A stretch of 64,000 bases of DNA from the NCBI GenBank assembly GCA_951406725.2, contig OX597816.1, forward strand, positions 50,344,001-50,408,000, written 5' to 3'. Position 1 is the stretch's first letter. Each line of letters starts with the position of its first letter. The DNA comes from Octopus vulgaris. Its lineage: Eukaryota. The notes beneath the pieces are model-generated. The model saw nothing but the letters and a program-made list of their open reading frames with translations, ran no database searches and was not told the origin of the DNA. This document shows positions 27,219 through 41,504 of the stretch, piece by piece. A program made the translations under genes and the position numbers.

Positions 27219-27242
27219 TGTATATATATGTATATATACATG

Positions 27243-27284
<42 letters not shown>

Positions 27285-27832
27285 TATATATACATACATA
27301 TATGCATATATATACATGTGTGTATAAAGAGATAGAGAGAGAGAGAGAGATTGAGATTATAATTATCCGTATTAAGTATCACCAATATTAGAAGCATTGG
27401 ACGGAAATCAAATTTTTGAAAATTTTGAATATGCAATGTAACATAAGAACCATTATGCAGGTTTATATTTTGATTATAGATACAGCTATGAAATATTTGG
27501 TACAATGCTGTATAAACTTATTTAACGTTCGATCATCTTATAAATATATGACCATAAACAAAGCCGAATTTGAAATCGAATTTACAAGAAACAATTTTTT
27601 AATCATATATCCAATATAGCATACCAAATCTCATATATGATATATAAATACTCTTGGCGTAAGCGAAATTGTGATTTAAAATCTATCTTTTAAAATCTTC
27701 GGAAATAAATTGAGTAGCATCATGTTGGATATGAAAGAATTCGCATATATTCATTTCATAAACTAAATACGCACAAACAGAGATAGAAACTCAGACGAAT
27801 TACATACACTCACAATTCCACACACACACACA

Positions 27833-27896
<64 letters not shown>

Positions 27897-30329
27897 CATA
27901 TATATATATATGTATGTATGTATGTGTCTGTGCTCGCGCGTCATATGCATATATTTACATATAATTAGACACACTCGTCACGCACTATTTCATATTTGTT
28001 TAACAGTTTATTGGAAACGAGTATAGCTCACAAGAATATGAACAAAGAAATAAGTTAGTAAATGTATTGCGGTCGTAACTGTATTTTTTTTTATACTGGC
28101 GCTGACTATTGGCAGATACAACAATATAATCCAATTCAAATATGATGAAAATTACAATAATGTTATAAAGCAACGTAATCCAGCTGAAAATTGAAATAAT
28201 GTTTTGTGTGAATATATCAACACGTGTCTAAAGAATTAGAAGTGTAAATTGATCAAATATCAGATTACGTATCAAACCGAAATATTCACTCATAACCTAT
28301 ATGCATCAAACTCTCTCTTTCTTCCCATCCAGCCCTCTCACCCTCTCTCTTTCTTCCTGTGTGTATATACATACACACGCAGACTCATATATATGCATAT
28401 ATGTGTATATATTTATATATAAACGTGTATATATAAATGTGTGTATATATATTTATATATAAACGTGTATATATAAACGTGTATATATATATATATATAA
28501 GCTGAGTGTGTCGCAAATTTAAGAGAGAGGAGAAAGTTAGAGAAATAGTGTGGCAGCGAGAAGGGTTTTGAGAATGTTATCACAAAAGCCGAATGTATAA
28601 CTGTAGGAAAATCTCTTGCTTGAGCTGCTTCGAAATTCCAAAGGCAAGAACTTTACATTTTTAGCGGTGTTTCCTGCAGCAATGAAGGCTATAGCTGCAG
28701 TTGTAGAAGTACATTGCGGACTGATAATATTCTCGTATAACTGCTTCTCTCTGTGTGAATAGAGTCTAGATTCTTATTAAAATTCATATGTCAAACTGAG
28801 ATGGTTGGGTATAGAGAAACTATATATACCATGTACATTAGGTAGGTAGTTTCAAGCTAATGCAAGAGTAATTACATCTGAGTATGATTTTCAACAAATT
28901 TCCTCGCAAATTAGTCTGTACTATACTTTAAAAGAACCCAACAAAACAGGAAAGATACATTACATAAAATTATTCCCGCTATACTGTTCTTGAAAGAACA
29001 CGAATCACAGAACATATTTCCGTATATTTATGTTTATCAAAGCGGAGCTGAATGTTAAACAACATTAAAATAGCTGAATTTTTTATGGATACGTATAGCG
29101 AAAGTTATACCGATTTTTGTTTTTTATGGATTTGTATTGCGAAAGTTATATAGATTATAAATCATTATAAATATTTTTTTTGGCGTTATAAATAAAGTGC
29201 TAAATTATATTGATCTGACATTTTACTGCACTTCTGTCAGGTTAGAAACTAATATTTATAACAAGGGAGTTTGTAAATGTATTTAATATGATGTGTCTCA
29301 AATATTTACCAATGAATATCACTAATATTCGGTGTTATTTTGTTTTTGCTCACCTCATTATGATTTTTTAGTTAGGTTTCGATGCTTCTTGCAATAAATA
29401 TGAGAACAAATAGTTCTTACATGAAAAACGGAATTCAAAGGAGTTACGCCTTTCTATTAATTAGTAGAAAACTCTTCACTCAACAATCAAGAATATTTTA
29501 AAGTTTGCACCTCATTAAGCAAAAGACAGTCTGAATGCATAGAAACAAGGAAATATTGAGGGAATCTTGTTTTTTTTTTCTCAATAAATAGCATGTACAC
29601 AAGTGATGCCTATCGTAACTCCAGCAATAGCACAGCACGTTTAACGATTATTTAATTGAGGCAAGCGAAACAAACATTAGCTTAGAGAAATGGTTCAGCC
29701 TGAACACTGGTAAGTATTTTAACACGTACGGTTAATAATAATTTCAATACCAAGAAAATCTTAGATTTATTGAACTAGTTTCCATTTCCAGAGAAGACAG
29801 GAAAATCGTTTGCTGGTAAGTGATACCAAATAAAAATGCAAAAGCCAAGAAATCGCACTACTCAGGGGGCATCCTTTATTTTCTTGCCATGTTTAAAAAG
29901 AACACAAAATACCAGACATTCAGAGATTATTTTCTGAAAAGGACGTCTCTTTAATTTGCGAGTCTCGACATTCCCGCCATTTCTCATTTGAGGTTGGTCT
30001 GAAATGATCGAGGTCACTTTTTCTCAAGCATAGTAAAAGAAAAAAACTGTAGAAAGAACTTAATGATACGCAGGCCCATTATGGAACTTTTCCATCACAA
30101 TTCTGTATTTGCTTACTTTATAAGTGTTGACAATTCTGAAAATGCTTTTCCCAAGTGACAACTTGCTGTAAAATTGTTTTAAGCTTCAGAGATATGGACA
30201 TGTTGTGAGAGATAGAAATGCAAATACAACGCCTTTGACAGCGAAGCGAAATCACAGATTTTGTAAAGAAATTTTAACATATATATTTTGGCATGATACT
30301 AGCTGACTACGGCATAGCTTGAACACCCC

Positions 30330-30760
30330 CATAAGTAAGTGTAAAACATGAGCTGAAACTTTGAGATAGTGACTATTTCAAATAATTTAAAAGAAAGTTT
30401 TCAGCTTTATCCTGTCAGAAAATTAAGGCAGGTGGATATTGCAGGACGAGCAATTTTAGAGACCTTGTCTGACATTGAAAAAGAAGCATTCAATGTTTTT
30501 GTTGTTGTGCCTGATTTTCTGGGAAACAAATAGCCATTAAATTATGAAATCTTGTGCCGACCTTGTTGACCGGTTTTGGAGCACTAGACGGCAACATGAG
30601 CGTAAAAATACATTTCCTGCACGGTAATCTATAATACTTCACTGAAAATCAAAGTGCAATAACTGTTGAGCGTGTAAAAAGGTCCCACTAAGATAGAGAG
30701 ACCATACAGACTAAAAATCAAAGCAGGTAGAACACAGACCTGATGTCTAAATACTGGTCT
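30330..30760 (+). mobile_element. Chapaev-type (CMC superfamily) transposase relic
   Basis: Decayed frames read KIKAG...DFLGNK...GNMSVKIHFLHGNL*YFTENQSAITVERVKRSH*D...LMSKYW, matching the remembered Chapaev3-type motif CNMSxKIHFLHSHLDFFPENLGAVSDEHGERFHQDI...YCW. The relic may extend upstream to about 29760. Confidence 0.7.
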
Positions 30761-32689
30761 CAGCAAAGAGACCACCACACTGCTAGTTATTCACGCAGAA
30801 AAGCAAAAAAAGTACACGTTTTAAGCAGCTAAAACTCCAATTTCACAGAAATATCTTTCCCGAGATGTGTAAACTTTGTGAAATATTTTTGTTAAACAAT
30901 AAAGGTTTAGTTGAATTAGAGGTTAAATAAGGAGATAGAAGGATAGAAATATCCATTAGTCAACCGGTATATTACCTATATTAAACCATGGGCATACATA
31001 TGCAAACATATAATGTTCATACGTTATAGGTGAAGACAAGGATGAACAGGGGTTTATCAAAAATCAAAATTTAAAGAAAACAGAAAATGGAATAGTATTG
31101 ATGAACAACAACTGTTATTTGTAATTCAATGCAGATAAACTGCATCCCATCTAACAGCTGTTTCTGCTTCAAATGTTGTATGGTATTGCCATTGATATGC
31201 TAAAATATGCAAAAATATTAATCAAAATATTATGTAAAACAATAAACATATTTGGTAATAAAACCGATCTGAAGCATAAATAAGAGCATAGAGTAGAAAA
31301 AGGAAAAGCTGAATATGGTTGTAATCATGCCATTTTGCTTGTGTGATTTTGGGGCCGTTAAGTAAAAGACTAAAACAAAATAGCGATTAGTGGATTAATC
31401 CTTTGTAGGGAAATGGTTAAGTAAAAAAATAAATAAAAACGAAAATTATAGTGGGATACGCCAATAGGTTTCAGTCGAAAACAGGAGTAGATAGAATGAG
31501 GTTTTATATTAATCACAATAATTTATAATAGTTATGTTTGTAGTACTACTTAATAGTATTTATCATAATAAAGTTTTAGTAGGTTAAATGCAATTTATTT
31601 AATTATCAGTAGGTGGAAAGCCCTTCCATCTTTCGTCCGAAAGGAGATAGGCTAAGGTCCAACATTCGATATAATTGGGCAGTTGAAATAAAAAAAAAGA
31701 CCAACGTTTGAGACCGTAATACAGGGTGAAATAAATAAATGAATAGAAAGATGGTGTATGTTGTAAGGGGCCCCAAACGCTTAAGATAGTAAATACTGGA
31801 TTAAAAAAATAATATTATAGAATAAATATTGAGAGAGGAACCTATTCAGACATTTAGGACATTAGACGGTTACAGTTGGAAACGGTCCGACAGTTTATTA
31901 ATATGAATGTGGAATTAATAAAAACAATGAAACGAATTAGTACCCTAGGGAAGTTATTGAAATATTTCTGGTTAAGGGGAGGTAATGTCTAGGGTAAGTG
32001 ACCATCATCAGTGATGCTGGTTGCAGTACACTCCAAAAAAGGATTTGACTGCTAACCTAATTAACAACTAATTTTCCAGCTAGTTAATTAAACGATCTTA
32101 AAATTAGTCAGCCTAGTGGTCAATTAACTAAGGAAAAGTAGATATCCCTAATTAAATTAATAATTATGATTTATAGTTTAATTTAAAATTAAAATACTTG
32201 CAGATTGTTTTTTACAGATGTAAACACTTGCTACAATTTTCTCATGAATTCTTACACAAAAAAAATATTCAACATACATATAAATGTATATACACACACT
32301 CGCACACTTACGGACGAATAGAACGATCGTGCTTCTTCCGGGGGATAAGCTCTGGAAAGCAAACTTGACTTGATAAAAGAAAACTGTCCGTGGTTTTGAG
32401 ATCAACATGTTTGTGTTAATCTAAATCAGGTGAATAAGGCAAACAACAGTATTTTGTTGAAACTTGTTGCCCTGTATTATAATTACATGACGTATTCCAA
32501 AGGATAACAACTGATTCAATAAATGTGTTCACCTTTATACCACCTGACATTTATACTTCCTCATAAAATAATCTCATTGACCGGATCTCCGGGATTTCAT
32601 CTGCATGAAGCTCTGCATTATGCTCATTGTATTACTATGCGATCTACTACTCAAGAACGCTAGGTCAGCTTTCTATAATAGCCACACTA

Positions 32690-32917
32690 GTGAGCTGGCA
32701 GACACGTTAGCGCGCCGGGCGAAATGCTTAGCGGTATTTCGTCTGTCGTTACGTTCTGAGTTCAAATTCCACCGAGGTCAACTTTGCCTTTCATCCTTTC
32801 GGGGTCGATAAATAAAGTACCAGTTTCGCACTGAGTGGCGATATAATCGACTTAATCTCTTCGTCTGTACTTGTTTGTCCCATCTATGTTTAGCCCCTTG
32901 TGAGCAGTAAAGAAATA
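32690..32917 (+). mobile_element. tRNA-derived SINE family B, near full length
   Basis: Head gagctggcaga...gttagcgcgccgggcgaaatgcttagcgg, B-box GAGTTCAAATTCC and a central aagtaccagt domain. Confidence 0.9.
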
Positions 32918-34617
32918 TATAATATGTAGTGTAATATAATATGTAGTAATATAGATGTAGTGCAATATATGAATTCATATATTACGCTACAAATATGCGT
33001 GTTTGTGTGTCGTGTGTGTCTGTGTGTTTGTGTGTGCGAGTGTGTGCGTTGGTGAACGTGTGTCTCGCGTGCGAGTGCGTATGCGTGTGTGTGCTTTTGT
33101 TTGTGTATGCATGTATGTATGCATGTCTGATTGCATGCATAAAGACAGGGTGTGATATAATACAAGCCCCATACGTTTCCATTTTACAGCCAGTGAAGTC
33201 ATTTATATTACAAATATTAAATTATGTATGAAAGATTAGATAATTAGTTGAATGATTTCACAGGCCTATTACGAGAAATAAAGTTATTAACCTCGGTTAA
33301 TGAAAGGGAAGTTTCAACAGGACGGAATTTTGAACTTAGTGACAAGCGAGATGTATACATATCTAGCAATTCGAATCATTCCTATTCATGTTGTCCGCCA
33401 GAGTTTTGTAATATTGATCTCTTATACTAACTAATTTTGATTTCTTACATTAAGTTAGATAATAAAATGTACCTTATGATTCCGAGCGGAGTTGAATCAC
33501 AACCCCCTATTCTTGAAGTTAATATGATACTGTTGATCACAGAGTAAATGTATAAATTCAAATGTAAGTTTCCACTGCAAGTATATTTTGTGCAAGTGAC
33601 ATTATATTGAATAGATTTAATCCCATGAGATCCAGATGAAGATTTCAATAATGAATATAGACTCCATTTCTGAAAAGTGTAAGCGAGAGGTTATAAGGAG
33701 TTGAAGTACAGTCTAAATATAAAGGAAATGAAACACACGAGATGAAAAGCAACTGCATTCAATGCATTTGCATTTCATCTTATTGTCTGATAATATACGG
33801 TATCTCGAATTTAATAGGTAGATGAAATATAATTCTCTGACTGTGATACGCGAAGTCAACGAGGGAATTTGAAGTGAAATAGCTATGATTAAGAATCAAA
33901 CTCGCTATGCACGTCATCTCACAGATCTTAAAGTGTTACATATCTTGCATTGGTTCTGTATTGTATTTATATTTAATATGAAATAGTAGACATAGATGAA
34001 CATGAAAAATATACGAAATGCTGTTATAACATTCTTAAACTTTGGAAAGTAATATGCAAAATGCTACCATTTCAATAATACTGTGATGTTGAAGAAGAAA
34101 TAATAGAACTCATAATGTTTTCTCTGAGTTTCATATATGACACCAAGAAATGATAAATTCCAAATACGAATGAAGGAATTAAATTTATGACTGATAGTAT
34201 TTGTAACAACCGTTCTTTTTTTGCCAATAGATTTAATTTCTGATATTCTGCTGTCTGAAAATTCTTAATTTGAAAACTAAACACAGCTAACAACATCGGA
34301 TCTAACGAAGTTTGCAACAGTGATTTGTTTTGCTCGTTGTTACATTGGTTGTTGTATTCAAAGCTTTCTACTTCCAACGTATATATTAAAATTTTAAAGC
34401 TCATGTATATAGCTGCAGGCATCTTAACTAAGTAGCACTACCACAAGACGTTGCACATTCTAGGCTGCTCATAATCAGAATATTAGAAAATTATATGAAT
34501 CGCAGTAAAAAAAATACACTTACACAACCATACATGCTAGTCATATTTGAAAAAGCAAACCAGTTTTATAAGTAATATTCTATTTTCCTTTCGTAATTCA
34601 CATACACACACATATGT

Positions 34618-34688
<71 letters not shown>

Positions 34689-35180
34689 TATACATATATA
34701 TAAAGTTCGTCTCTCTGTCCCTCTCTCTCTTTCACGCTCTCCTTCATTCTCTCTGTATAAATACACATATACATACATATGTGTGGGTGTGAGTGTGTGC
34801 ATGTATGTACGCATGTAATGTTAATACCAAGAGAGCGTACGACTTTCCTGAGCAGTCTTTTACAGACAGCTTCCAAATAAGTGCTTGGAGCGATAGCCGC
34901 TCATTTAACTCTCACCAAAGCACACTCCACCCTCCGCAACAAAAAAAGATCGCAACAAAAGAATATTAACACGCATCTATATTCTTCACCTCTCTCTCTC
35001 CTTCCACATCTCTTTCTGTTTCTCTTTCACTCATACGCTCTTATAAAAGCAAAAACACACATAAATATGCATAAATACATGCACACACACACACATGTAT
35101 CTGTCACCGCATACATATGCACATGTCTTTACACATGCATATACATGTGTGTTTGTGTATTTTACATATTGGTATACGTA

Positions 35181-35225
<45 letters not shown>

Positions 35226-35312
35226 CTACTTATCTATCTATCCATATACATATTTACAAACACACACCCTTATATAATTACATATATATATACACATACA
35301 CACACACACTCA

Positions 35313-35396
<84 letters not shown>

Positions 35397-35958
35397 CACA
35401 CTCACACATACACGCATACATACATACACACACATGCAACGATAAGAATTTTCAAGCATACATAAATAATTATGCAAACGCTCAAGGCTTTAAGTCTACA
35501 TTTATATCCATTGGAAATTTCATGCGAAATATAATATGCGTGTAAAACATGCCAAACTAGTTATAAACTGTGCGGTCTCCATCGTAAACAGTGTTGCGAT
35601 TTCTGTTAGCACTATTTTTTGTTATTTCTCTATTGATCAAAATATTGCCTGTATGTTTACATCTCAAACTATATAACTAATATACATACATACATTCATA
35701 CATGCAAGCACACACCTATAAACATAAACTTGTACACTTGCATATACTTTATATATAGGGAGGGTGTGTGGCCTAGTCGTTAGGGTGTTGCTCTTGAGGA
35801 ATTCATTTCATCTCCCGTCGTTCTGCGGTAAAATGGACATCTGCCGCGCAGTACACAGTGCAGGTCTTCGGGCAAACATATTTGAACGGCACATATATTT
35901 AATCACTATAAAAATTTATGTGGGCAAATTTTTCATACATACATACATACATACATTC

Positions 35959-36070
35959 ATACATACATACATACATAAAGGAGGATGGTGGTAGCTTGTG
36001 AAAGATGGTTCTGCAATAAACCACCTTTCTCAAGCTACCACAATCCTCCTTTATGTATGTACGTATGTAT
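35959..36070. repeat. Imperfect 52-bp hairpin (pre-miRNA-like geometry)
   Basis: 35959-36010 pairs with 36019-36070 with 4 mismatches and an 8-nt loop. The non-microsatellite core is 35977-36052. Confidence 0.85.
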
Positions 36071-36515
36071 ATATGTATTATGTATGTATATACTCTCTCT
36101 TTGACTGTATTACTTGTTTCAGTCACTTGAGTGGGGCTGTGCTGGAACACCGCCTTTTGTCGAACTAATCTATCCCAGGACTTATTCTATGTAAGCCTAG
36201 TACTTATTCTATCGGTCTTGCCAAACCGCTAAGCAATGTTGGGGGACAAACACAGACACGCAAACATATACACACACATACATACATGAATATATATATA
36301 TATATAATGATAAATCGCAGAGCGAGTTATAAACAGTAGCAGCAACACATCGTGACGTATATTTGCCATTTGAATATGGCTAACCCCTAAGGGTGGATGC
36401 TACTGTAGTTTGTAGCCGCAGGAGGACACCTCCTCTAGCTGGCTATAGACACACTTTCTCTGCCCTATCAGTATTTGCAAAGGGAAGCCATCCTTCCCGT
36501 CTTCAACTTATGATA

Positions 36516-36560
36516 CACACGTACTCGAGTTTCAGGGTATTGACCCGTCATCGGTGTGTG
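36516..36560 (-). ncRNA. Minimal type I hammerhead ribozyme motif (U4C core), left-arm copy
   Basis: Minus strand: cacaca CCGATGA c gggt caat accc t GAAA CTCGAG TA cgtgtg. The closing pair of stem I is an A-C mismatch. Confidence 0.7.
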
Positions 36561-36654
36561 ATAATCATAGTTGTCGATGAGAAGTAGGTTCCCTTCACAA
36601 ATACATATACCTTTCCCAGTATCGATTAACACAGATATTGACAAATATGATTGT

Positions 36655-36699
36655 CACACGCCGATGACGGGTCAATACCCTGAAACTCGAGTACGTGTG
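36655..36699 (+). ncRNA. Minimal type I hammerhead ribozyme motif (U4C core), right-arm copy
   Basis: cacacg CCGATGA c gggt caat accc t GAAA CTCGAG TA cgtgtg: 6-bp stem I, 4-bp stem II, palindromic stem III. Predicted cleavage is after GUA at 36693. Confidence 0.8.
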
Positions 36700-36862
36700 T
36701 ATCATAAGTTGAAGACGGGAAGGATGGCTTCCCTTTGCAAATACTGATAGGACAGAGAAAATGTGTCTATAGCCAGCTGGAGGAGGTGTCCTCCTGGGGC
36801 TACAAACTACAGTAGCATCCACCCTTAGGGGTTAGCCATATTCAAATGGCAAATATACGTCA

Positions 36863-36975
<113 letters not shown>

Positions 36976-37544
36976 GGACGGTTTTCTTCCAGTTTCCGTC
37001 TACCAAATCCAGTCACAAGGATTTGGTCGGCGAGACTATAGTAGAAAACACTTGCCCAATGTGCCACGTAGTGGGACTGAACCCATGAACCATATGGTTC
37101 GTAAACAAGCTACTTACCATACAGCCACTCCTACGCCTATGTATGTATGTATACATATATTTATGTATGGATGTATGTATGGATGTATTTGTGTATCTAT
37201 ACACCATTTCATACATAAACATAACCGTACATATATGTGAGTTCCAACGGACCTGCGACTTAATAAGCGTGTGTACAAAGGTTTATGGGATGATTTACTG
37301 ATTGCAAAACCATGAGTGTAGAATGAGTTATCAAGATCATATTTATGAATGTCATTTGTAAAATTTAAATAGTAATAAGTATGTCTCTACGACGATAACA
37401 GCATTTCTGTTTTTTTTTTTTTACTTTTATGCCATTTATACGCATAAATTCAATCTGAGACACACACACGAGTGCGCGAACACACACACGCACAAACATA
37501 CATACACTAATACAAACGCGCAAATACATAGATGTAAATGTATG

Positions 37545-37837
<293 letters not shown>

Positions 37838-37984
37838 TGTATGTATGTATGTATGTATGTATGTATGTATGTATGTATGCTTGCTTTTCATTCGGCGTGC
37901 GTTCGGGCATAAATATTAAAACATATATGCATACATGAATTCAAACAGAAACTACTATCTTTGCTAATATGTTATACTTATGCC

Positions 37985-38200
37985 GTTATCCCCAAACCGG
38001 CGTTGCTCAGGTTTGTAAGGGAAATAACTATAAAGCATTTTTAGAGAGTTATAGCCAAAAAATAGCAAAAAAATGGAAAAAAAATGATGGTAATTTTTTT
38101 TTGAGAGTTAAAACAGGTGGAGTTGCGTCCCCTAGACGGTCTGTGGTTTGGGTTTCTCATTCTCGACCCCATGTCGAATTTATCGATTTTTTTCAGAACT
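37985..38200 (-). mobile_element. Helitron 3'-region fragment
   Basis: ccggcgttgctcagg is close to the reverse complement of the Helitron 3' hairpin at 59481-59496. The adjacent CTAG is not preserved. Confidence 0.55.
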
Positions 38201-38747
38201 GGGGGAACTTTTGCAATTTATATTATTTTCTTTCTGCGTCCCTAGTTTTGAAACATTATGATTTTCGTATTGGGCTATGATTTGTTCAAATCCTTCATCA
38301 GAATCAGATTGAAAGCCGTGGTCAGAGTGAGGGTAGATGAGAATTATTATCTCACAAATGTAAGACTTTTGCTGCTCCTTTTTCATATGCCGAGATTTCA
38401 TGTGCTTGTGCAAATGTAATAATCTGTTCTTGAGAGAGAGAGGTAGAGTGTAGTGTGTCTTTGACTCATGTGTGTGTACACGCTTATATATGTAATTACT
38501 ACACGGACAAATGTATATACATGTGTTTGAGGCATACATATAGAGAGTGTGTGTGTGTGTCGTTTGTATGTGTGTGTAGCTTATATATTAATTACTATGT
38601 GCTTGTGCAAATGTATATGCATATATATGATATATATATATATATATGTGTGTATGTATGTATATGTATGTGTGTGTCGCTTATCAATTAATTACTATGT
38701 GCTACTACCATAGTATTTGCATGTGTAAGAGCACGAGAGAGAGAGAG

Positions 38748-39365
38748 CCGCTTGGTAAAGTGTGTCGTTTGAACTCTGGTGTGCGTGCGCTTACATTTTG
38801 AATGTTACTATGTTCATTTCCGCCATCTATATGCATGTGCTTTGAGAGAGAGAGAGAGTGTGTGTGATCGTCGTTTGACTATGTGCATAGAAGGTTGAGT
38901 ATATTAATCTGCATCAAGTTTTGCCAAAATCTTGGCGATTGCTCAGGTTCTCGACACAGTCAAGGAGATCTTGTGCAACTGATAACCCTAGTCATCTTTT
39001 TGGTCAGCTGAAAGCATTTGGGCACTAACTTGGCAGACACGCGACTCATAATGGAAAAGTAATAATGGATTGAACTGAATCGTAATTAAAACAGGTGGAG
39101 TTGCATCCTCTGACAACAAAGGGATGTGGTAATTGTTGGTACAGCAATGATTGTGAGACCCCAATGGAGGAAACAAGTAATTTATCGATTTAATCGAGCT
39201 GCTTTTCAAAATGTTTCGCTACAGTGAATTAGGAGATCTTTTCCTGTAATATATGCATTGCGCGTGTACTCTTCATCAGAATCAGTTGAAAGTTTATGGT
39301 CAGAGTGAGGGTATGTAGAGGATTTTATGAGAGCACCATGTTCTTAATAGTCAGTGATAGTCTTC
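38748..39365. mobile_element. Garbled duplicate of the mariner relic at 40152-40830
   Basis: Collinear with about 40218-40830 but interleaved with short patches identical to 38109-38335. Confidence 0.7.
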
Positions 39366-39585
39366 CTTGGTCGTATATAGAGAGATATATGTACAGGAAT
39401 TCAAACAGAAACTCGCTATCTTTATTTTTATACTTTTTTTATCCCCAAACCTTTACTGTGGTTGCTATATGTACGAAATGCTAAATACTTTTTCACTTCC
39501 CGAGCAGTACATTCGCCCATACATCTGTTTGTATGCCTACACAAATCTGTCTTCGTAGCACATATTAGAGAACAGTACACAGAAC

Positions 39586-39684
<99 letters not shown>

Positions 39685-40081
39685 TTCTGTATATGCATAC
39701 AAGTTCAACTATGCAATTTATATGTATTTTCTTTCCTTTTTCGTCCCTGTGCGGTTGGAAACATTTTCGATTTTCGTATCTTGCAGATTTGTTTCAAATC
39801 CTTTCAACCTAAATCAGATTGATCCTTCAAGTATTAGATGAGATATTATTATCTCAAAATGTAATACTTTTGCTTGCTCCTGGCTTTTCAGTATGCCGAC
39901 ATATCATCTGAAATGTAATAATCTGTTCTTGTTTTTCTTGGTAGATTAGGTCTCTTTGACTCAAGCATACACACGCATATGCATGTATATACACACGGAC
40001 ACAAACATATACACAGGCATACATATACACATTATGTACGCGTGTATGTGTGTGGATAGATATGCATACGCACGCATGTAT

Positions 40082-40142
<61 letters not shown>

Positions 40143-40151
40143 ATGTATGTA

Positions 40152-40580
40152 CGTGGTCTGATCAATAAATATCCGGACTACTACCATAGTAACGAAGGTA
40201 AAGCACGTAGAATAATGCCGCTTGGTAAAGATTGACGTTGAACTCTGGTGTGCGTGCGCACAAAGTTTTGAATGTTATAGTTCATTTCCGCCATCTACAG
40301 GAGTGCTTTGAACGAAGTTGTGTAGCGTGTGATCGTCGCCTTGACTATGGCATAGAAGGTTGAGTAGAGAATCTGCATCAAGTTTTGCCAAAATCTTGGC
40401 GATACCTGCTCGTTCTCGACACAGTCAAGGAGATCTTGTGCAACTGAAACCCTAGTCTCTTTTTGGTCAGCTGAAAGCATTTGGGCACTAACTTGGCAGA
40501 CACGCGACTCATAATGAAATCTCCAGTAATAATGGATTGAACTGAATCGTAATTAATCTGCACATCCTCTGACAACAAAG
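40152..40580. mobile_element. Mariner transposon relic with an internal inversion
   Basis: TA followed by a TIR-like cgtggtctgatcaataaatatccggact. Plus strand reads MA*KVE*RICIKFCQNLGDTC from 40347. From about 40412 the minus strand encodes LSEDVQINYDSVQSIITGDFIMSRVSAKLVPK/MLSADQKETRVSVAQDLL (second HTH and the WVPHEL-like linker). Confidence 0.85.
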
Positions 40581-40859
40581 GGATTGTAATTGTTGGTACA
40601 GCAATGATTGTGAGCACCACCAATGGAGGAAACAAGTAACATTTCCAGGCAGAATTTAATCGAGCTGCTTGAAAATGTACCATCAGTACAGTGAATTAGG
40701 AGATCTTTTCCTGTAATATATGCGCGCGTGTACTCTTCTGAACAGCTAGGTTTATTAGTTACAGGAAGTATGTAGAGGATTTTATGAGAGCACCATGTTC
40801 TTAATAGTCAGTGATAGTCTTCCTTGGTCGTGAGTTGAGAGAGAGTGAAGGAGAGAAGA

Positions 40860-41023
40860 AGAGAGGGTCGCATTCTTTATTTTCCCTACGCGTTTTTTTT
40901 CTGTGTCCTTTACTGTGGTAGGTTCGAAATGCTAAATACTTTTTCACTTCCCGAGCAGTATACTAATACATCTGTTTGTTGCCTACACCATCTGTCTTCG
41001 TCATTTTGTTTGTGAATTCTCCC
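40860..41023 (+). mobile_element. Degenerate copy of the CUGUGGA-family pLTR-like repeat
   Basis: ttttcacttcccgagc...actaatacatctgtttgtt...tgtgaattctccc followed by (TA)n, as at 48540-48625. The ribozyme core is partly deleted. Confidence 0.6.
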
Positions 41024-41037
41024 TATATATATATACA

Positions 41038-41100
<63 letters not shown>

Positions 41101-41168
41101 AAAATGAGATAAAACCACGGCCGTGAGTAGTTTTCAGGACATCTACAAGGGAAAAATATATAGATATA

Positions 41169-41216
41169 GTCTTACAGCTGTTTCTGGGATATTATGGATA
41201 TCCCTTCATCAGAGAC
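41169..41216 (-). ncRNA. Minimal type I hammerhead ribozyme motif (canonical core)
   Basis: Minus strand: gtct CTGATGA a gggatat ccata atatccc a GAAA CAGCTG TA agac. 7-bp stem II, palindromic CAGCTG and a GUA site. Confidence 0.8.
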
Positions 41217-41504
41217 GATATGAGATGGTTAAATAGAGATAAACATTTGGGTTCAAAATAAGGAGCAACACAGAATCAGTAGCTCAATGAACTACTATTG
41301 GAACTTAAACACCATGTATAATAAACATTTTCACCACTTCTATACACCACATTCCTCGAATAATGGAACTACAACAACAATATCTTTATATATTTTATAT
41401 TTTAATTCTACTTTCATTCCCTCTATTTTCGCTATAACCTCCCTCTCCATAATAATTCGTTATTTCGAACTCAAATATGTGCACCTATTTAACCATCTCA
41501 CGTC

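Noticed and set aside
31148-31200. Minus-strand GAAA-CAGCTG-TT-agatg, like the 3' half of the 41169 hammerhead
   Set aside because: No recognisable CUGANGA or stem II upstream; at best a very decayed copy.
30960-31420. Possible mitochondrial insertion (NUMT)
   Set aside because: AT-rich, but I could not read any convincing mitochondrial protein, rRNA or tRNA motif.
31990-32016. Minus-strand CTGATGA-t-ggt-cactt-acc half motif
   Set aside because: No GAAA or stem III follows, so it cannot be called a ribozyme.
36393-36822. Pair of near-identical convergent ORFs (MDATVVCS...)
   Set aside because: A by-product of the inverted arms; GTG starts and no recognisable protein.
38275-38305. Minus-strand CTGATGA-a-ggattt-gaac-aaatc hammerhead-like start
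   Set aside because: It lies in the mosaic region and lacks the GAAA; the underlying sequence is unreliable.
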